A stretch of 62,921 nucleotides of DNA, filler included, from Octopus bimaculoides (Eukaryota): the NCBI RefSeq assembly GCF_001194135.2. It is 8 parts of 7 records of this genome, joined end to end, with 100 filler letters (N's around TTAATTAATTAA, not from the genome) between each part and the next. Parts side by side here need not be neighbours in the genome. Positions count along the whole stretch, not along the records: positions 1 to 2,169 come from NW_026359175.1; positions 2,270 to 7,783 come from NC_068993.1; positions 7,884 to 10,787 come from NC_068991.1; positions 10,888 to 35,242 come from NC_068989.1; 4 more parts are not named here. One strand, given 5' to 3'. The notes below the pieces were generated by a model, which saw nothing but the letters and a program-made list of their open reading frames with translations, did no database searches and was not told the origin of the DNA. Shown piece by piece: positions 1-11,965 of this stretch; position 1 is the first letter of the stretch, and the number at the start of each line of letters is the position of its first letter. Position numbers and translations under genes: made by a program.

Positions 1-160
1 CAACCGATGCTGGTGTGTTTACATCCCCGTAACTTAGCGGTTCAGCAAAGGAGACCAATAGAATAAGTACTAGGTGAGTGGATCTGGTGTCAATTTGTTT
101 GACAAAAAGGCAGTGCTCCAGCATGGCTGCAGTCGCATGACTGAAACAAGTAAAACAATA
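1..160 (+). mobile_element. 3' part of an abundant octopus-type tRNA-derived SINE
   Basis: Tail motifs caaccgatgctggtgtgtttac...ccgtaacttagcggttc...cagcatggctgcagtc...gactgaaacaagtaaaa recur at 2750-2975(-), 30124-30300(-) and 41990-42200(+). Confidence 0.8.
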
Positions 161-249
161 AAAAACTATGCCATTTTAATCCTGAGCAACACTGGGTGTC
201 TCTGCTTGTATANNNNNNNNNNTCATTTTAGATTTAACTCATTAAAATT

Positions 250-770
250 AACGAAGGGAGCCAGACTAAGCCTTATGCAAGAGAAATGTGTCCTAAAGTG
301 CTACTGGAAGTTTGAAAATGCAAAGAAGAAGGTTTAGGAGGGAGTTTTAAACAGATCCACCTACGTGACTGAGTATCATCCAAATTAGAGATGAGTTTAA
401 AGAGGATGGAACTGTTCAGGATGTTTACAAGAAATATTCTGAAAGACCATGGATATGAAGGAGCCCCACAAAGCAAGAAATTGTACACTAGACATTTTGC
501 TACAGTTCAAGAAAACTGGTGCAGTGAGTTAAGAGACAAAATTTGAAATTGGAAGTTTCATTGGATTTTGAAAGGCTCTAATTAAAACAGTTTCATTCCA
601 AGGATAGCCCATGCTCTCAAAGAAGAGGATACAAAGCAAAGAGTAGAGGTTTCTAGTGGTATTTGGAAGGATGTGTAGAAGATGTACACTTCCTAATAAA
701 AATTCATTAAAGTGATGAGGCTAAATTTAAATTAAATGTCTCAATGAACCACCAAAGTTGCCACTAATGG
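250..770 (+). mobile_element. Decayed Tc1/mariner-family transposase (DUF4817-like HTH plus start of catalytic domain)
   Basis: LSLMQEKCVLKCYWKFEN followed by frameshifted HTH-like sequence, and SDEAKFKLNVSMNHQSCH*W from 711, matching the SDEAxFxLNGxVNxHNCxYW motif; many stops. Confidence 0.7.
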
Positions 771-952
771 AGACTATGTTAATTTAGCAGGAATTTACAG
801 TATTGTGCCGCTTCTCATCAAAAGAATTAATCCAGCCATTCTTTATTTTACAGTACTGTAACTGATCTCATTAACTTACTGCGACAATCTGACATGTCAA
901 ACATTCAAAGGATTTTAAGAACTTAATATTGATTAAACACAAAATCTATTAA

Positions 953-1145
953 CCCTTTTGTTACCGTATTTATTTTGAGATGTTATTTTACAAAGAATTT
1001 AGTAAAATAACTTATCATTAAGCTAGTGTTGGTAACATAAATTGTGGCTAAGGTTTGGTGGAAAATTTTAATCCAAAACTTATGAAAATGAGACATTTGA
1101 ACTATAGAGCCAGAGCTGGTTTCAGTTGGGTTAGTAATGAAAGGG
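953..1145. mobile_element. piggyBac-type MITE
   Basis: TTAA at 949-952 and 1146-1149; ends CCCTTTTGTTAC... and ...GTAATGAAAGGG form imperfect terminal inverted repeats. Confidence 0.7.
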
Positions 1146-1639
1146 TTAAATATATAAATTCTACATATCTCTTGTCTTAAATTGCTTTGATTTCAATTTA
1201 AAATATTAATCCTGCTTTGAATTCTCATAAATGAATATCTCCCTCTTAATAGACTTGACCACAAGAGGGACCACATGTGTTTGATTTAGTTGTCAAATGA
1301 AATCTTACCTTTCAGAACTTTACAAGTATATTTCTCTGCATTTGTCCTATGTATGTTAACACAACCATATTCTTCTCCGGTGAGCATCTTTGTCACGACA
1401 ATCTGAAAAATGATTTTAAAAAATGGTTTTTAAATTAATTAGTTTTATGACATGTTTAAATTAATACAAACATCAACATTGATTGATGAGGGTGGTCAGG
1501 TGGCTTTATACCAAGGCTAAAGTATGATAGAGGGACAAGCATAGGTGTCTTGTTACAGACGGGGATACATAGCTACCACACATTATATTGGGGTGGTTGG
1601 GAGTGGTTGGAAGGGGCTAAAGGTGAGAGAGATGCTGTG

Positions 1640-2074
1640 CCATAGTCAACTGCTACAAAGGTAGAGGTGACCCTTTAGATACAAATAATTACAGAAGTAT
1701 TAAGTTGTTGGATCAGGTAATGAAGGTCACGGAGAGGGCCATAACCCAACTAATTAGGGAGTGAGTCAGTTTAGATGAGATGCAGCTTGGGTCCGTGCCA
1801 GGGAAAAGCACCACTGATGCTATATTTCTGGTAAGACAGCTGCAGGAGAAATACCTAGCCAAAGATAAACCTCTGTACCTGGCTTTCATTGACATGGAGA
1901 AAGCCTTTGACAGGGTCCCCCGATCCCTTATCTGGTGGTCAATGAGGAAATTAAGGATAGATGAATGGTTAGTGAGAGCTGTGCGAGCCATGTACAGGGA
2001 TGCTATCAGTAAGGTGAGGGTTGCAACAAGTACAGTGAAGAATTCCGAGTAGAGGTAGAGGTCCACCAAGGTTC
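1640..2074 (+). mobile_element. RTE-clade LINE reverse transcriptase fragment
   Basis: QLGSVPGKSTTDAIFLVRQLQEKYLAKDKPLYLAFIDMEKAFDRVP; closely similar to 33630-34060. Confidence 0.92.
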
Positions 2075-2169
2075 AAAATTCTGTGGAGCACTTCATTAGG
2101 GAGTATATGTGTGTGTGCATATGTTCCTTATGCATTCCAAAACCGAGTTGCCGATTTTGACGTATGAGA

Positions 2170-2269
2170 NNNNNNNNNNNNNNNNNNNNNNNNNNNNNNN
2201 NNNNNNNNNNNNNTTAATTAATTAANNNNNNNNNNNNNNNNNNNNNNNNNNNNNNNNNNNNNNNNNNNN
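2170..2269. other. Artificial 100-bp contig-joining spacer (44 N + TTAATTAATTAA + 44 N); also at 7784-7883, 10788-10887, 35243-35342, 41749-41848, 55091-55190, 59092-59191
   Basis: Identical architecture seven times; TTAATTAATTAA gives stops in all six frames. Confidence 0.95.
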
Positions 2270-2289
2270 ATTCTTTTTCAGATATGTAG

Positions 2290-2512
2290 ACTATGGACGA
2301 TATATACGTGTGTGTGTGTGTGTTTTCTGTGTATGTGTGTGTATGTTTGTGTGTGTGTGTGTATGTGTGTGTGTGTGTGTGTATGTGCACGCACTGACAC
2401 TCAAACACATAAACGTACACACATGCACATATAGACACACACAAACACACACACAAATGCACAAACACACACACACAGGCACATATGCACACACATACAC
2501 ACACACACATAT
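2290..2512. repeat. Compound (TG)n/(CA)n microsatellite
   Basis: Direct reading; source of the spurious CVCVCV/HTHTHT ORFs. Confidence 0.95.
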
Positions 2513-2747
2513 AAATATATTTTAATACCGGTGTTTGTCAAACAGCTTCTCCCAATCACCCAAAAGTGTTATGTGCAGAGTCTCCCAAGATAATTCTGGC
2601 TTTTAGCGCTTGTTTTTGTAAGACAGTGTTAACACCCTCGCAGCCAGACTTTAAAATATTAACCCAAAAAATTAAGACTAAATAAAAATTTTCATCAATC
2701 CAAGATTAATCAATCAGTATTAGTCGGTAAAACTGCAGAGTGTTCTT

Positions 2748-2975
2748 ATATCTTTTACTTGTTTCTGTCATTAGAATGCAACCAAGCTGGAGCACCACCT
2801 TGAAGGAATTTTACTCAAATGGATCGACCCAAGTATGTTTCCTTTTAAAAGCCTGTTTTTTATTTTATCAGTCTCTTTTGCTGAACTGCTAATTTATGGA
2901 GACATAAATATATCAACACTGGTTGTGAAGCATTGGTGGGGAACAAACACAGACACAAACACACACACACACAGA
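2748..2975 (-). mobile_element. SINE 3' half, degraded
   Basis: Reverse complement of the tail family at 1-160. Confidence 0.7.
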
Positions 2976-2994
2976 TAGATTTTTGAAAGATTTA

Positions 2995-3057
2995 TGATGC
3001 AGGTGATGATTCTCTGTGTGAGAAATACCACCCAGAAACTCGAGTCTTTGTGCATCA
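2995..3057 (+). ncRNA. Decayed minimal hammerhead-ribozyme-like motif
   Basis: gTGATGA 3003-3009 (C3 replaced by G), GAAA 3035-3038, palindromic ACTCGAGT stem III, GTC 3044-3046, tgatgca/tgcatca complement out of register. Confidence 0.4.
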
Positions 3058-3662
3058 CGTAAGGCTAATATATANNNNNNNNNNNNNNNNNNNNNNNNNN
3101 NNNNNNNNNNNNNNNNNNNNNNNNNNNNNNNNNNNNNNNNNNNNNNNNNNNNNNNNNNNNNNNNNNNNNNNNNNNNNNNNNNNNNNNNNNNNNNNNNNNN
3201 NNNNNNNNNNNNNNNNNNNNNNNNNNNNNNNNNNNNNNNNNNNNNNNNNNNNNNNNNNNNNNNNNNNNNNNNNNNNNNNNNNNNNNNNNNNNNNNNNNNN
3301 NNNNNNNNNNNNNNNNNNNNNNNNNNNNNNNNNNNNNNNNNNNNNNNNNNNNNNNNNNNNNNNNNNNNNNNNNNNNNNNNNNNNNNNNNNNNNNNNNNNN
3401 NNNNNNNNNNNNNNNNNNNNNNNNNNNNNNNNNNNNNNNNNNNNNNNNNNNNNNNNNNNNNNNNNNNNNNNNNNNNNNNNNNNNNNNNNNNNNNNNNNNN
3501 NNNNNNNNNNNNNNNNNNNNNNNNNNNNNNNNNNNNNNNNNNNNNNNNNNNNNNNNNNNNNNNNNNNNNNNNNNNNNNNNNNNNNNNNNNNNNNNNNNNN
3601 NNNNNNNNNNNNNNNNNNNNNNNNNNNNNNNNNNNNNNNNNNNNNNNNNNNNTATATATATA

Positions 3663-3815
3663 TAGGCTTTCTACAATTTCCGTTTACTAAATTCCTGAAA
3701 AAAATGCATGATTGGTCTGCCTGAAGTTGTAATATTATCCAAGTTACCATGCAATGGATTTGAACCTGAAACTGTACATTTGTTTAGTGAACTTCTTTGT
3801 TATACACCTCGGCCT
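3663..3815 (-). mobile_element. SINE tRNA-like head, degraded
   Basis: Reverse-complement similarity to heads at 35520-35670 and 39775-39945. Confidence 0.55.
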
Positions 3816-4214
3816 GTAACCTTATTCCAAGTTTGAAAAAATACCATTTATAACTATTAGATTGCTAAAGAATGCAAATTAAAGTCTATTGTCTGTGACG
3901 TAGTTTCCTCTAACTATTATATCGTTCATATTTATATTCTATCTTTGAAATTTAATTAGAATTATCAAAGAATTACAGGAATAAGATATTTCCAAGAATA
4001 TTATCTTGAATTATGGACTATTTTAGCTATTAAATATTATGATATGGTAAATGAAATTAGGTGTGTATATGCATAGATATTTGTGTCTATAGGTAAGCAT
4101 ATAATTATACCAGAGTGTCTTTGTAAGTAGATGTATGTGTGCAGTTGTAAATAGCACAGACATACTATATATATGTATTCACACATACGTAAAACATACA
4201 CACATAAGTGTACA

Positions 4215-4251
<37 letters not shown>

Positions 4252-4701
4252 CAGTGGTTTGGGATTTGGTTGATCTTTGAATGTGTAAATGAATTTAAGC
4301 TTATTTAAACATGTATGTAGAATGTGATATCTAGGGACTCATGTTTTCAGATGTATGATTGTGTGTATAGTGAAACACACATAACACATGCTAAGCACTA
4401 CACACACACGCGTTATATATAATCAAATACATATATTTACAAAGACATATATACACAGATATACACATACAGAGAGAGGAATTGAGAAAAAAAGACAGAT
4501 TAATCATTATATCTAAACAAGAGGTTCAATAAAGAGTGCTCAATACTAAAATTAGAGTATATATAATATTGAAAGCTGACATTTTACAAATTGATGCATT
4601 CAAGGTGTCTTGCTGCTGATTGACAGATGATTTCCAAAAGGAGCAAGAAATTTGATACAAAAATAAACTCAGGGTAAAACAGTTTGAGTATCCTAAATAG
4701 G

Positions 4702-4710
<9 letters not shown>

Positions 4711-4778
<68 letters not shown>
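4711..4778. repeat. (TG)n microsatellite at gap edge
   Basis: Direct reading. Confidence 0.95.
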
Positions 4779-5974
4779 NNNNNNNNNNNNNNNNNNNNNN
4801 NNNNNNNNNNNNNNNNNNNNNNNNNNNNNNNNNNNNNNNNNNNNNNNNNNNNNNNNNNNNNNNNNNNNNNNNNNNNNNNNNNNNNNNNNNNNNNNNNNNN
4901 NNNNNNNNNNNNNNNNNNNNNNNNNNNNNNNNNNNNNNNNNNNNNNNNNNNNNNNNNNNNNNNNNNNNNNNNNNNNNNNNNNNNNNNNNNNNNNNNNNNN
5001 NNNNNNNNNNNNNNNNNNNNNNNNNNNNNNNNNNNNNNNNNNNNNNNNNNNNNNNNNNNNNNNNNNNNNNNNNNNNNNNNNNNNNNNNNNNNNNNNNNNN
5101 NNNNNNNNNNNNNNNNNNNNNNNNNNNNNNNNNNNNNNNNNNNNNNNNNNNNNNNNNNNNNNNNNNNNNNNNNNNNNNNNNNNNNNNNNNNNNNNNNNNN
5201 NNTGTATATGTATGTATATGTATGCTCATATACATGTATGTAAGTGTGTGTGTATATATATGTATGTATGTGTGTTTATGTATGTAAATGTGCACGTATG
5301 TATGAAGTCCATGCTGACACATACATTACCCAGCTAATTAACAGTTAGAACAACAGCGTTCCAAAATATGTAAATGTGTCACAGCATTTTTCATCTCATT
5401 CAGTCACCCATTTATTCATCATCGGCAACTTTCTCCAAGAAAAATAAAGACAGACATGGTGAGGAGGGAGAGAAAGGAAGAAATTGGAATATTCAAAGTG
5501 ATCACTTTGCTTCAACAATCTGCTAAATATTCTATAAAGCGTCGTCTTTAAATGTGACTGTTTTTAATCAATAGATATGTGACTGATATACAACAGACAA
5601 ATATGTATGGAAATAGGTTTACACGTGTTCTTTGTAGTCATTCCAAATATTATCATGGATATTGGTTCTTACACTGTGAAGAAAATGGTAAATATATAAT
5701 TTCTTTAACCACAAGGAAATAGTGAAAGAATGGTATTAGGAAACATTGATGATTCTTCTACTGGAATCTTCATCAAAATTATTTTCATTGGGATTTTCAT
5801 TTCAACATCTATTTTCAGTTTTCTTTTATTATTTGCATTTTTTATAAATATCATCATCATCATCATCATCACCATTCACATTGTTGAATGCCTGTTTGCC
5901 AAACTGGCATGGGTGGAAGGCTTGACAGGAGTTGCCCAGGCAAACAAGATGAGGACGAATATCTGTAAATAATA

Positions 5975-6121
5975 TCATCATCATCATCATCATCATCGTT
6001 TAACGTCCGCTTTCCATGCTAGCATGGGTTGGACGATTTGACTGAGGACTGGTGAACCAGATGGCTACACCAGGCTCCAATCTGATTTGGCAGAGTTTCT
6101 ACAGCTGGATGCCCTTCCTAA
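5975..6121 (-). mobile_element. 3' end of RTE-type LINE (or RTE-tailed SINE) ending in (GAT)n; older similar tail at about 5850-5945
   Basis: Minus strand reads ttaggaagggcatccagctgtagaaac...catgctagcatggaaagcggacgttaaacgatgatgatg; short-repeat tails are typical of RTE. Confidence 0.7.
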
Positions 6122-6134
6122 TATAAATAATGTA

Positions 6135-6330
6135 ATTTTGGTTCCAAGTTTTGGCACAAAAGCAGCAAATTCAGGGTAGGGGGTGAGCTGACTACATCCA
6201 CCTCAGTAACCAACTGGTACCTATGTTACCAACTCTGAAAGGATGGAATTTGAATTCAGAATGCAAAGATGGAGAAAATGCCACTTAGCGTTTTGCCCAG
6301 CATGCTAACGGTTCTGCCAGCTTACCACCT
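6135..6330 (-). mobile_element. tRNA-derived SINE, second family, degraded
   Basis: Homologous to 37905-38090(+), 45830-46146(-) and 55295-55470(+). Confidence 0.7.
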
Positions 6331-6548
6331 TACATCTAATTTATATTTGCATAACGGTCTGATACACCTGCCTCAGTTTTTGTCTCCCAGCTTCCAAATA
6401 TGTTCCATTCTTGTTTTGCTGTTTGGTCTTCTGCTGTAGGAAGGGCATTCTCTTGAAAAATTTAACCTTTATTATATAAAATCTTCCCATTTGGAAATAG
6501 ATAGATAAAAATAAAAAATAAAAATTTCGTTAATTCTTGCCAGCAGAA

Positions 6549-6583
6549 TAAAATAAAATAAAATAAAATAAAATAAAATAAAA
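6549..6583. repeat. (AAAAT)n microsatellite
   Basis: Direct reading. Confidence 0.9.
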
Positions 6584-6931
6584 TATATGGAGATTATTTT
6601 TTTTTTAAATGAATAAACGCACAAAAAAAATTGTGAAGAATAAACACAAAACAAAGAAACATAAAGTCTTCGACATATGGAGTTGTTTATATCAGCTGAC
6701 TGTTTAGGAAGAAAATGAATAAATACATAAATAAGTAAATAAATAAAAACTACAGCAAAAAAAAAGAACGAACAAACAGATAAATAAACATCAAAGATAG
6801 AATAGCTACAGTAGACGTTAGCAGAACAAATATAATGAAAAGATTTGTGTCTGATGTCCAAATGAATTGAAGATGCAACACCAATGTACACTGACAGTAA
6901 TTGGTAAAAATTTTCAAACGCATAATATATC

Positions 6932-6967
<36 letters not shown>

Positions 6968-7195
6968 GTCTCTCTCTCTCTTGCTCCCTCTTACTCGCTC
7001 TCTCTTACTCACTCTCTCTGTCCATGTGCCAGAATTTTGGAAAATAGTGGTGGTAGTGGAATTGAGGAAGAACTGGAGTTTGTAGTAATAACCTGGTTCA
7101 TAAATGCTATAGACAACTTCATGTTCTGTCATTCATTTTCATTTCCAGTTTCGGTTTTACATTTACAAAGACAAAATATTTTATTTGTATCTTCA

Positions 7196-7236
<41 letters not shown>

Positions 7237-7615
7237 TATTTTCATTTTGACTTTTTTTTTTATTTATCTCGATGTCGATGTTTGCTTACTCTCTTGTTTA
7301 CAAGTCATGGGAGATCAGAAATAACAGAATCAAATTTTGAACAATTGCCGATTATTTCAAAGAACTCAAAGGGAGGGAAATCCATGACTGATCTTGTTTA
7401 ATAAAGCTAAAGTAATTAAATGTATATGTATACTTACACACACACACACCAGATGCATACACAAACATGCATACACACGTACCAACACACATGTTTCTAT
7501 ATGTGTCTATGTTTTCTGTATATGTGTGCGAAGCATGTGTTTGGCTGTGTGTGAGTACATATATGTATGTACAATTATACATATACGTGTGTAAATGTAT
7601 GTGTGGGTCATAGAC

Positions 7616-7647
<32 letters not shown>

Positions 7648-7681
7648 ATGTATATATATACATATGTGTATATACATATAC

Positions 7682-7722
<41 letters not shown>

Positions 7723-8323
7723 TAAATACATATATATACATATATATACGTATACATATATATATATATGTATATATATATATNNNNNNNNNNNNNNNNN
7801 NNNNNNNNNNNNNNNNNNNNNNNNNNNTTAATTAATTAANNNNNNNNNNNNNNNNNNNNNNNNNNNNNNNNNNNNNNNNNNNNTTATATAACTTAAGTCA
7901 TAATAAAACAATTAACGATATTGTATAATCAAAGAAATTAAATAAAAAGACTAGTTATTTATCGCATAAAATAGAAAGAAATATTAAACAGTATTAATGG
8001 AAAAAATTCAACTCTAATCTAATCGAAGTCTTAGTTTAGGCTAAGATGATACACTTACTACTAATTAATTTAGTGTTAAAAAAGGTATCGACTAAAATTA
8101 TCATTAAAAATCAATTGAATAATATAAAAATACATATTTTTTTCAAACAATGATATAAAGTCATTTAACAAAGTTAAAATCAATACTTATTGCTAAACTG
8201 CTGCAGTTGAAACTAAAACTTAGACGCTAAACTCAGTACTAGAACGTTTATTAGAAAGAGGTCGCGCAAAGATACTACATTAAGATAGAGAATAGAATAT
8301 AGAGAAGGAGAGTTTACCAAATA

Positions 8324-10085
8324 TCAAACCATGGAGTGCATGGAGGCTATGGTTATGGACCTAGAAATGAGGAGGGAACAAGACTGCTGGAGTTCTGTGA
8401 TACAAATGAAATTATGGTGTGCAACACCAACTTCAAAAAACCAGCCAATCACCCAATCACTTATCGATCTGGTGAGCACATAAGCCAGATTGACCACCTC
8501 CTCACCAGGCAATGAGTTAGATGGATGCTTAAAAATGCAGTCTTTCCCAGGTGAAGGGTGTACAACCCAACATAGGTTACAAGTTAGTGACTTCAGAATC
8601 AGAGCAAGAAAAACCCGGAGAAGTAAACCAATCTGGAAAAGAAGAATATGGAAGCTCAAAGACCCAGCAGACTTAGAGATTTAGAGATTTGCTAATGGAA
8701 ATGTCTGATGAAAGAGAGGAAGAGTTGGAGACATATAGCTTAGAGGACAACTGGAAGTTCTTAAGGGACAATCTATTGGGAGCTACAGATGAAATTTGTC
8801 GTTGGTGCAGGGTCCCAGCTAGACAAAAGGTGACTTGGTTGGTGGAGCAATGAGGTTGACAATGTTATAAAAGCAAAGAGACAGGTCTGAAAAGAATGGA
8901 AAAATGGTGGAAGCAGAGAATTATATCAGGTAGCCAAAAGGGCAGCTAAATGTCAGGTATACATAGCAAAAGGAGAAGCTGAAGGTTTGCAAATGTCCTA
9001 TAACATGAGGATCAGAGGCATGAGGTGTTCAGGATTACAAAGCAGTGTATCAGAGAAAATAGAGATGTGGTAGGTGAGAAATGTGTGCGAATGGATAATG
9101 GTATGCTTGCACTTAATGACTCAGAGAAGAAAGATGCATGGGGGTGTCACTGTGAAAGGTTACTAAACATAGAAAATGAATGGGAGAAGGAGAGTTGATC
9201 AAATATCAAACCAATTGAGGGACCAGCCATCAGAGTTGATAGCAGCATAATAGATAAGGCAATTAAGGATATGAAGACAAGAAAAGCCCCATGGGCCATC
9301 AGGAATCACTGCTGAGATGATTTAAATTTCTGGTGGTGTAGGATACAGCTTAGTTACTTGTATAATTAATTAGGTTATTCAGGAAGGCACCATCCCCAAC
9401 GACTTGTGTAGTAGCATTATAGTTAGCTGCTAGAAGGGTAAAGGTGATGCCTTAGATAGAAACAACTACAGAGGTATTAAACTGCTAGACCAAGTCATGA
9501 AAATTACTGAGAGGGTTATAGCTCAATTCATTAGAAACAGAATTAAACTAGATGAGATGCAGTTTGGTTTTGTACCTGGAAAGAGTACCACAGATACCAT
9601 CTTCCTAGTGAGACAGCTGCAGGAAAAGTACTTGGCCAAAAGTAAGCCATTGTACTTAGCCTTCATCGACCTGGAGAAAGCTTTCGACAGAGTTCCCCGC
9701 TCTGTTATATGGTGGTCTCTAAGGAAGTTAGGAGTAGAGGAGTGGCTTGTTAGACCTGTCCAAGCCATGTTCAGTGGTGCTGTCAGTACGATGAGAGTCG
9801 GCCAAGAATACAGTGATGAGCTTAGTGTTCAGGTAGGGGTTCACCAGGCTCAGTTTTCAGCCCACTCTTATTCATTATAGTCCTCCAAGCCATAACAAAG
9901 GAATTCAAAACTGAGTGCCTATGGGAGCTGCTATATGCTCTTATTGCAGAATCTTTAGCAGAATTGGAGAAGAAATTCCAGGTATAGAAACAAAATCTGG
10001 AATCAAAAGGCCTTAAAGTTAATCTAGCAAAGACAAAAGTGGTTGTTAGTAAGATAGAAGATAAAACTTTTTTTCTGTCAGGTAT
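8324..10085 (+). mobile_element. Decayed RTE LINE (endonuclease C-terminus plus RT)
   Basis: EGCTTQHRLQVSDFRIRA..., QFGFVPGKSTTDTIFLVRQLQEKYL...DLEKAFDRVP; stops and frameshifts; the YADD aspartate codons are deleted near 9938 relative to the copy at 34144. Confidence 0.93.
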
Positions 10086-10887
10086 TCCGGAATAAGTACC
10101 ATAGTTTTTTTTTTAATAAAAAAGGCATAGAAGCAGAAGTACTGGGTTTGATTTGTTCAACTAAACACTTGAGATAGTGCCCCAGCATGGCCACAGTCAT
10201 ATGACTAAAACAAATGTAAGAGCTATAACACCATGATACTCTATAACCCCATTTTTAGTATTGTTTTCAGCTTTATTATAATTCCTCTTCATTTTCCTTT
10301 TCCCATCCCAACCAGCTGTTAGGGCAGCTTCTCATTTGTATATATTGGTTTCTCAGAAAAATGCAAAATTGTATCTTGTATTGTTTACATTTTGGAGCAA
10401 TTTCAACATGTCTTTCATTAAAATCTTTGCTATAGATCTTTCTAATCCTACAGAATATATTCTATAAAAGTTTACCATTTCATAGACCCCTTCCTCTCTA
10501 TACTCATGGTTACCTACCACATTTTCCTATAAAATTTTGGGTTGTGTATTCAAAATACAGTCATTACTTTACATGCTTTTCTGTTTAGTCTTACTATTTA
10601 GCATCTTGTAAATGTTATCACTATAGGTTATAGGTTAAACTGCCATGCAACTGATTAGAATGAAATCACTCAGAAACAGACACCATCTTCTGCTCCATAA
10701 ACCTGGTGTGTCATATCTTTGCCTGCTCTGTGTTCCTTGGAGTTGGCACGTCTCGTACTATGTAGACTGGTCTGGTTCACTTGTATTNNNNNNNNNNNNN
10801 NNNNNNNNNNNNNNNNNNNNNNNNNNNNNNNTTAATTAATTAANNNNNNNNNNNNNNNNNNNNNNNNNNNNNNNNNNNNNNNNNNNN

Positions 10888-10936
<49 letters not shown>

Positions 10937-11081
10937 CACACACACACACACATATATATATATTATATTATACATATATATCATTTGTAGAAAAACATAA
11001 ATCCGGAGAAGAAGCACACTCTAAGATGTAGAGCAGTTGATATTATAACTGGCCTCCCCCATTATAATATTATAATATATA

Positions 11082-11913
11082 TCTATATATATGAATGCAT
11101 AATGCTGTCTGTCTGTCTGTGTATTTCAAGTTACTCTAACTCCTCCCACGCTGTCCAACCGATTTTAATGATTTTTGGCACATAAGTAGATCACATGCCT
11201 TAAAGTTTGAATAAGGCCGGAATTTTTGGAAAACTCGATAATGCTCAGTTGGCATCAATTTTTGTGAGCTCAATCAGGCATTTGAATGGAAATTCCCATA
11301 ACAATGTTGTTTTTCCTGCAACTTGTCCGATTTTGTTGAAAATTGATGAGTGAGCGAGGCTCATGGCAGTGAGTTGATGTTAGTATATGGCATTGACAAA
11401 AAATCGATAATTGCACCTGAGCAGTGGTTTTATAAAATCAATAGGCTTTTTGCGTGCAAATACCCATAGGGATTTTATTTTTGGCTGTAACTTTTATATT
11501 TTTCATCTGATTTTAATGAAATTCGAGATTTAGGCAAATTTTTGTGGTAGGGGAGATGGTAAAGGTTTTAATTTAATTCCAGAGGAATCAGAAGAGCACA
11601 AGCATGTATCAGCTTTTTGCAGAGACTATTCTATCCATTTTTAAGGTATATTACATGTGATTACAGTTCATGTCCGTAAGTTGAATGCAGCATGTAGAGT
11701 TGACAAAAAATTGATACTTGTGTGTGAGCAGGGGAATATTATAAAATTAATAGACATTTTGTGTCCATTTGAACTACACTCTAATCAACCTGGGAATTAT
11801 CGGGTACCTCTGCTAAAGTACCTCGAACATGACGCCATCCATAGGATTCAGAAAGCAACAGTTACAATGGCATAGGCACAGAAAACCCAAGCAACGCCTA
11901 GTACATCAGCTAC
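11082..11913 (+). mobile_element. Non-autonomous Helitron-like element
   Basis: Starts A|TCTATATATATGAATG with (CTGT)n; ends with gcaacgcctagtacatcagCTAC|T (degenerate CTAG end); A|T insertion site. Confidence 0.6.

Positions 11914-11965
<52 letters not shown>

Noticed and set aside
7884-8310. Possible mitochondrial insertion (gcgacctc resembles 16S) or degenerate hammerhead near 8040-8095
   Set aside because: The conserved 16S continuation is absent; the hammerhead would need two core changes
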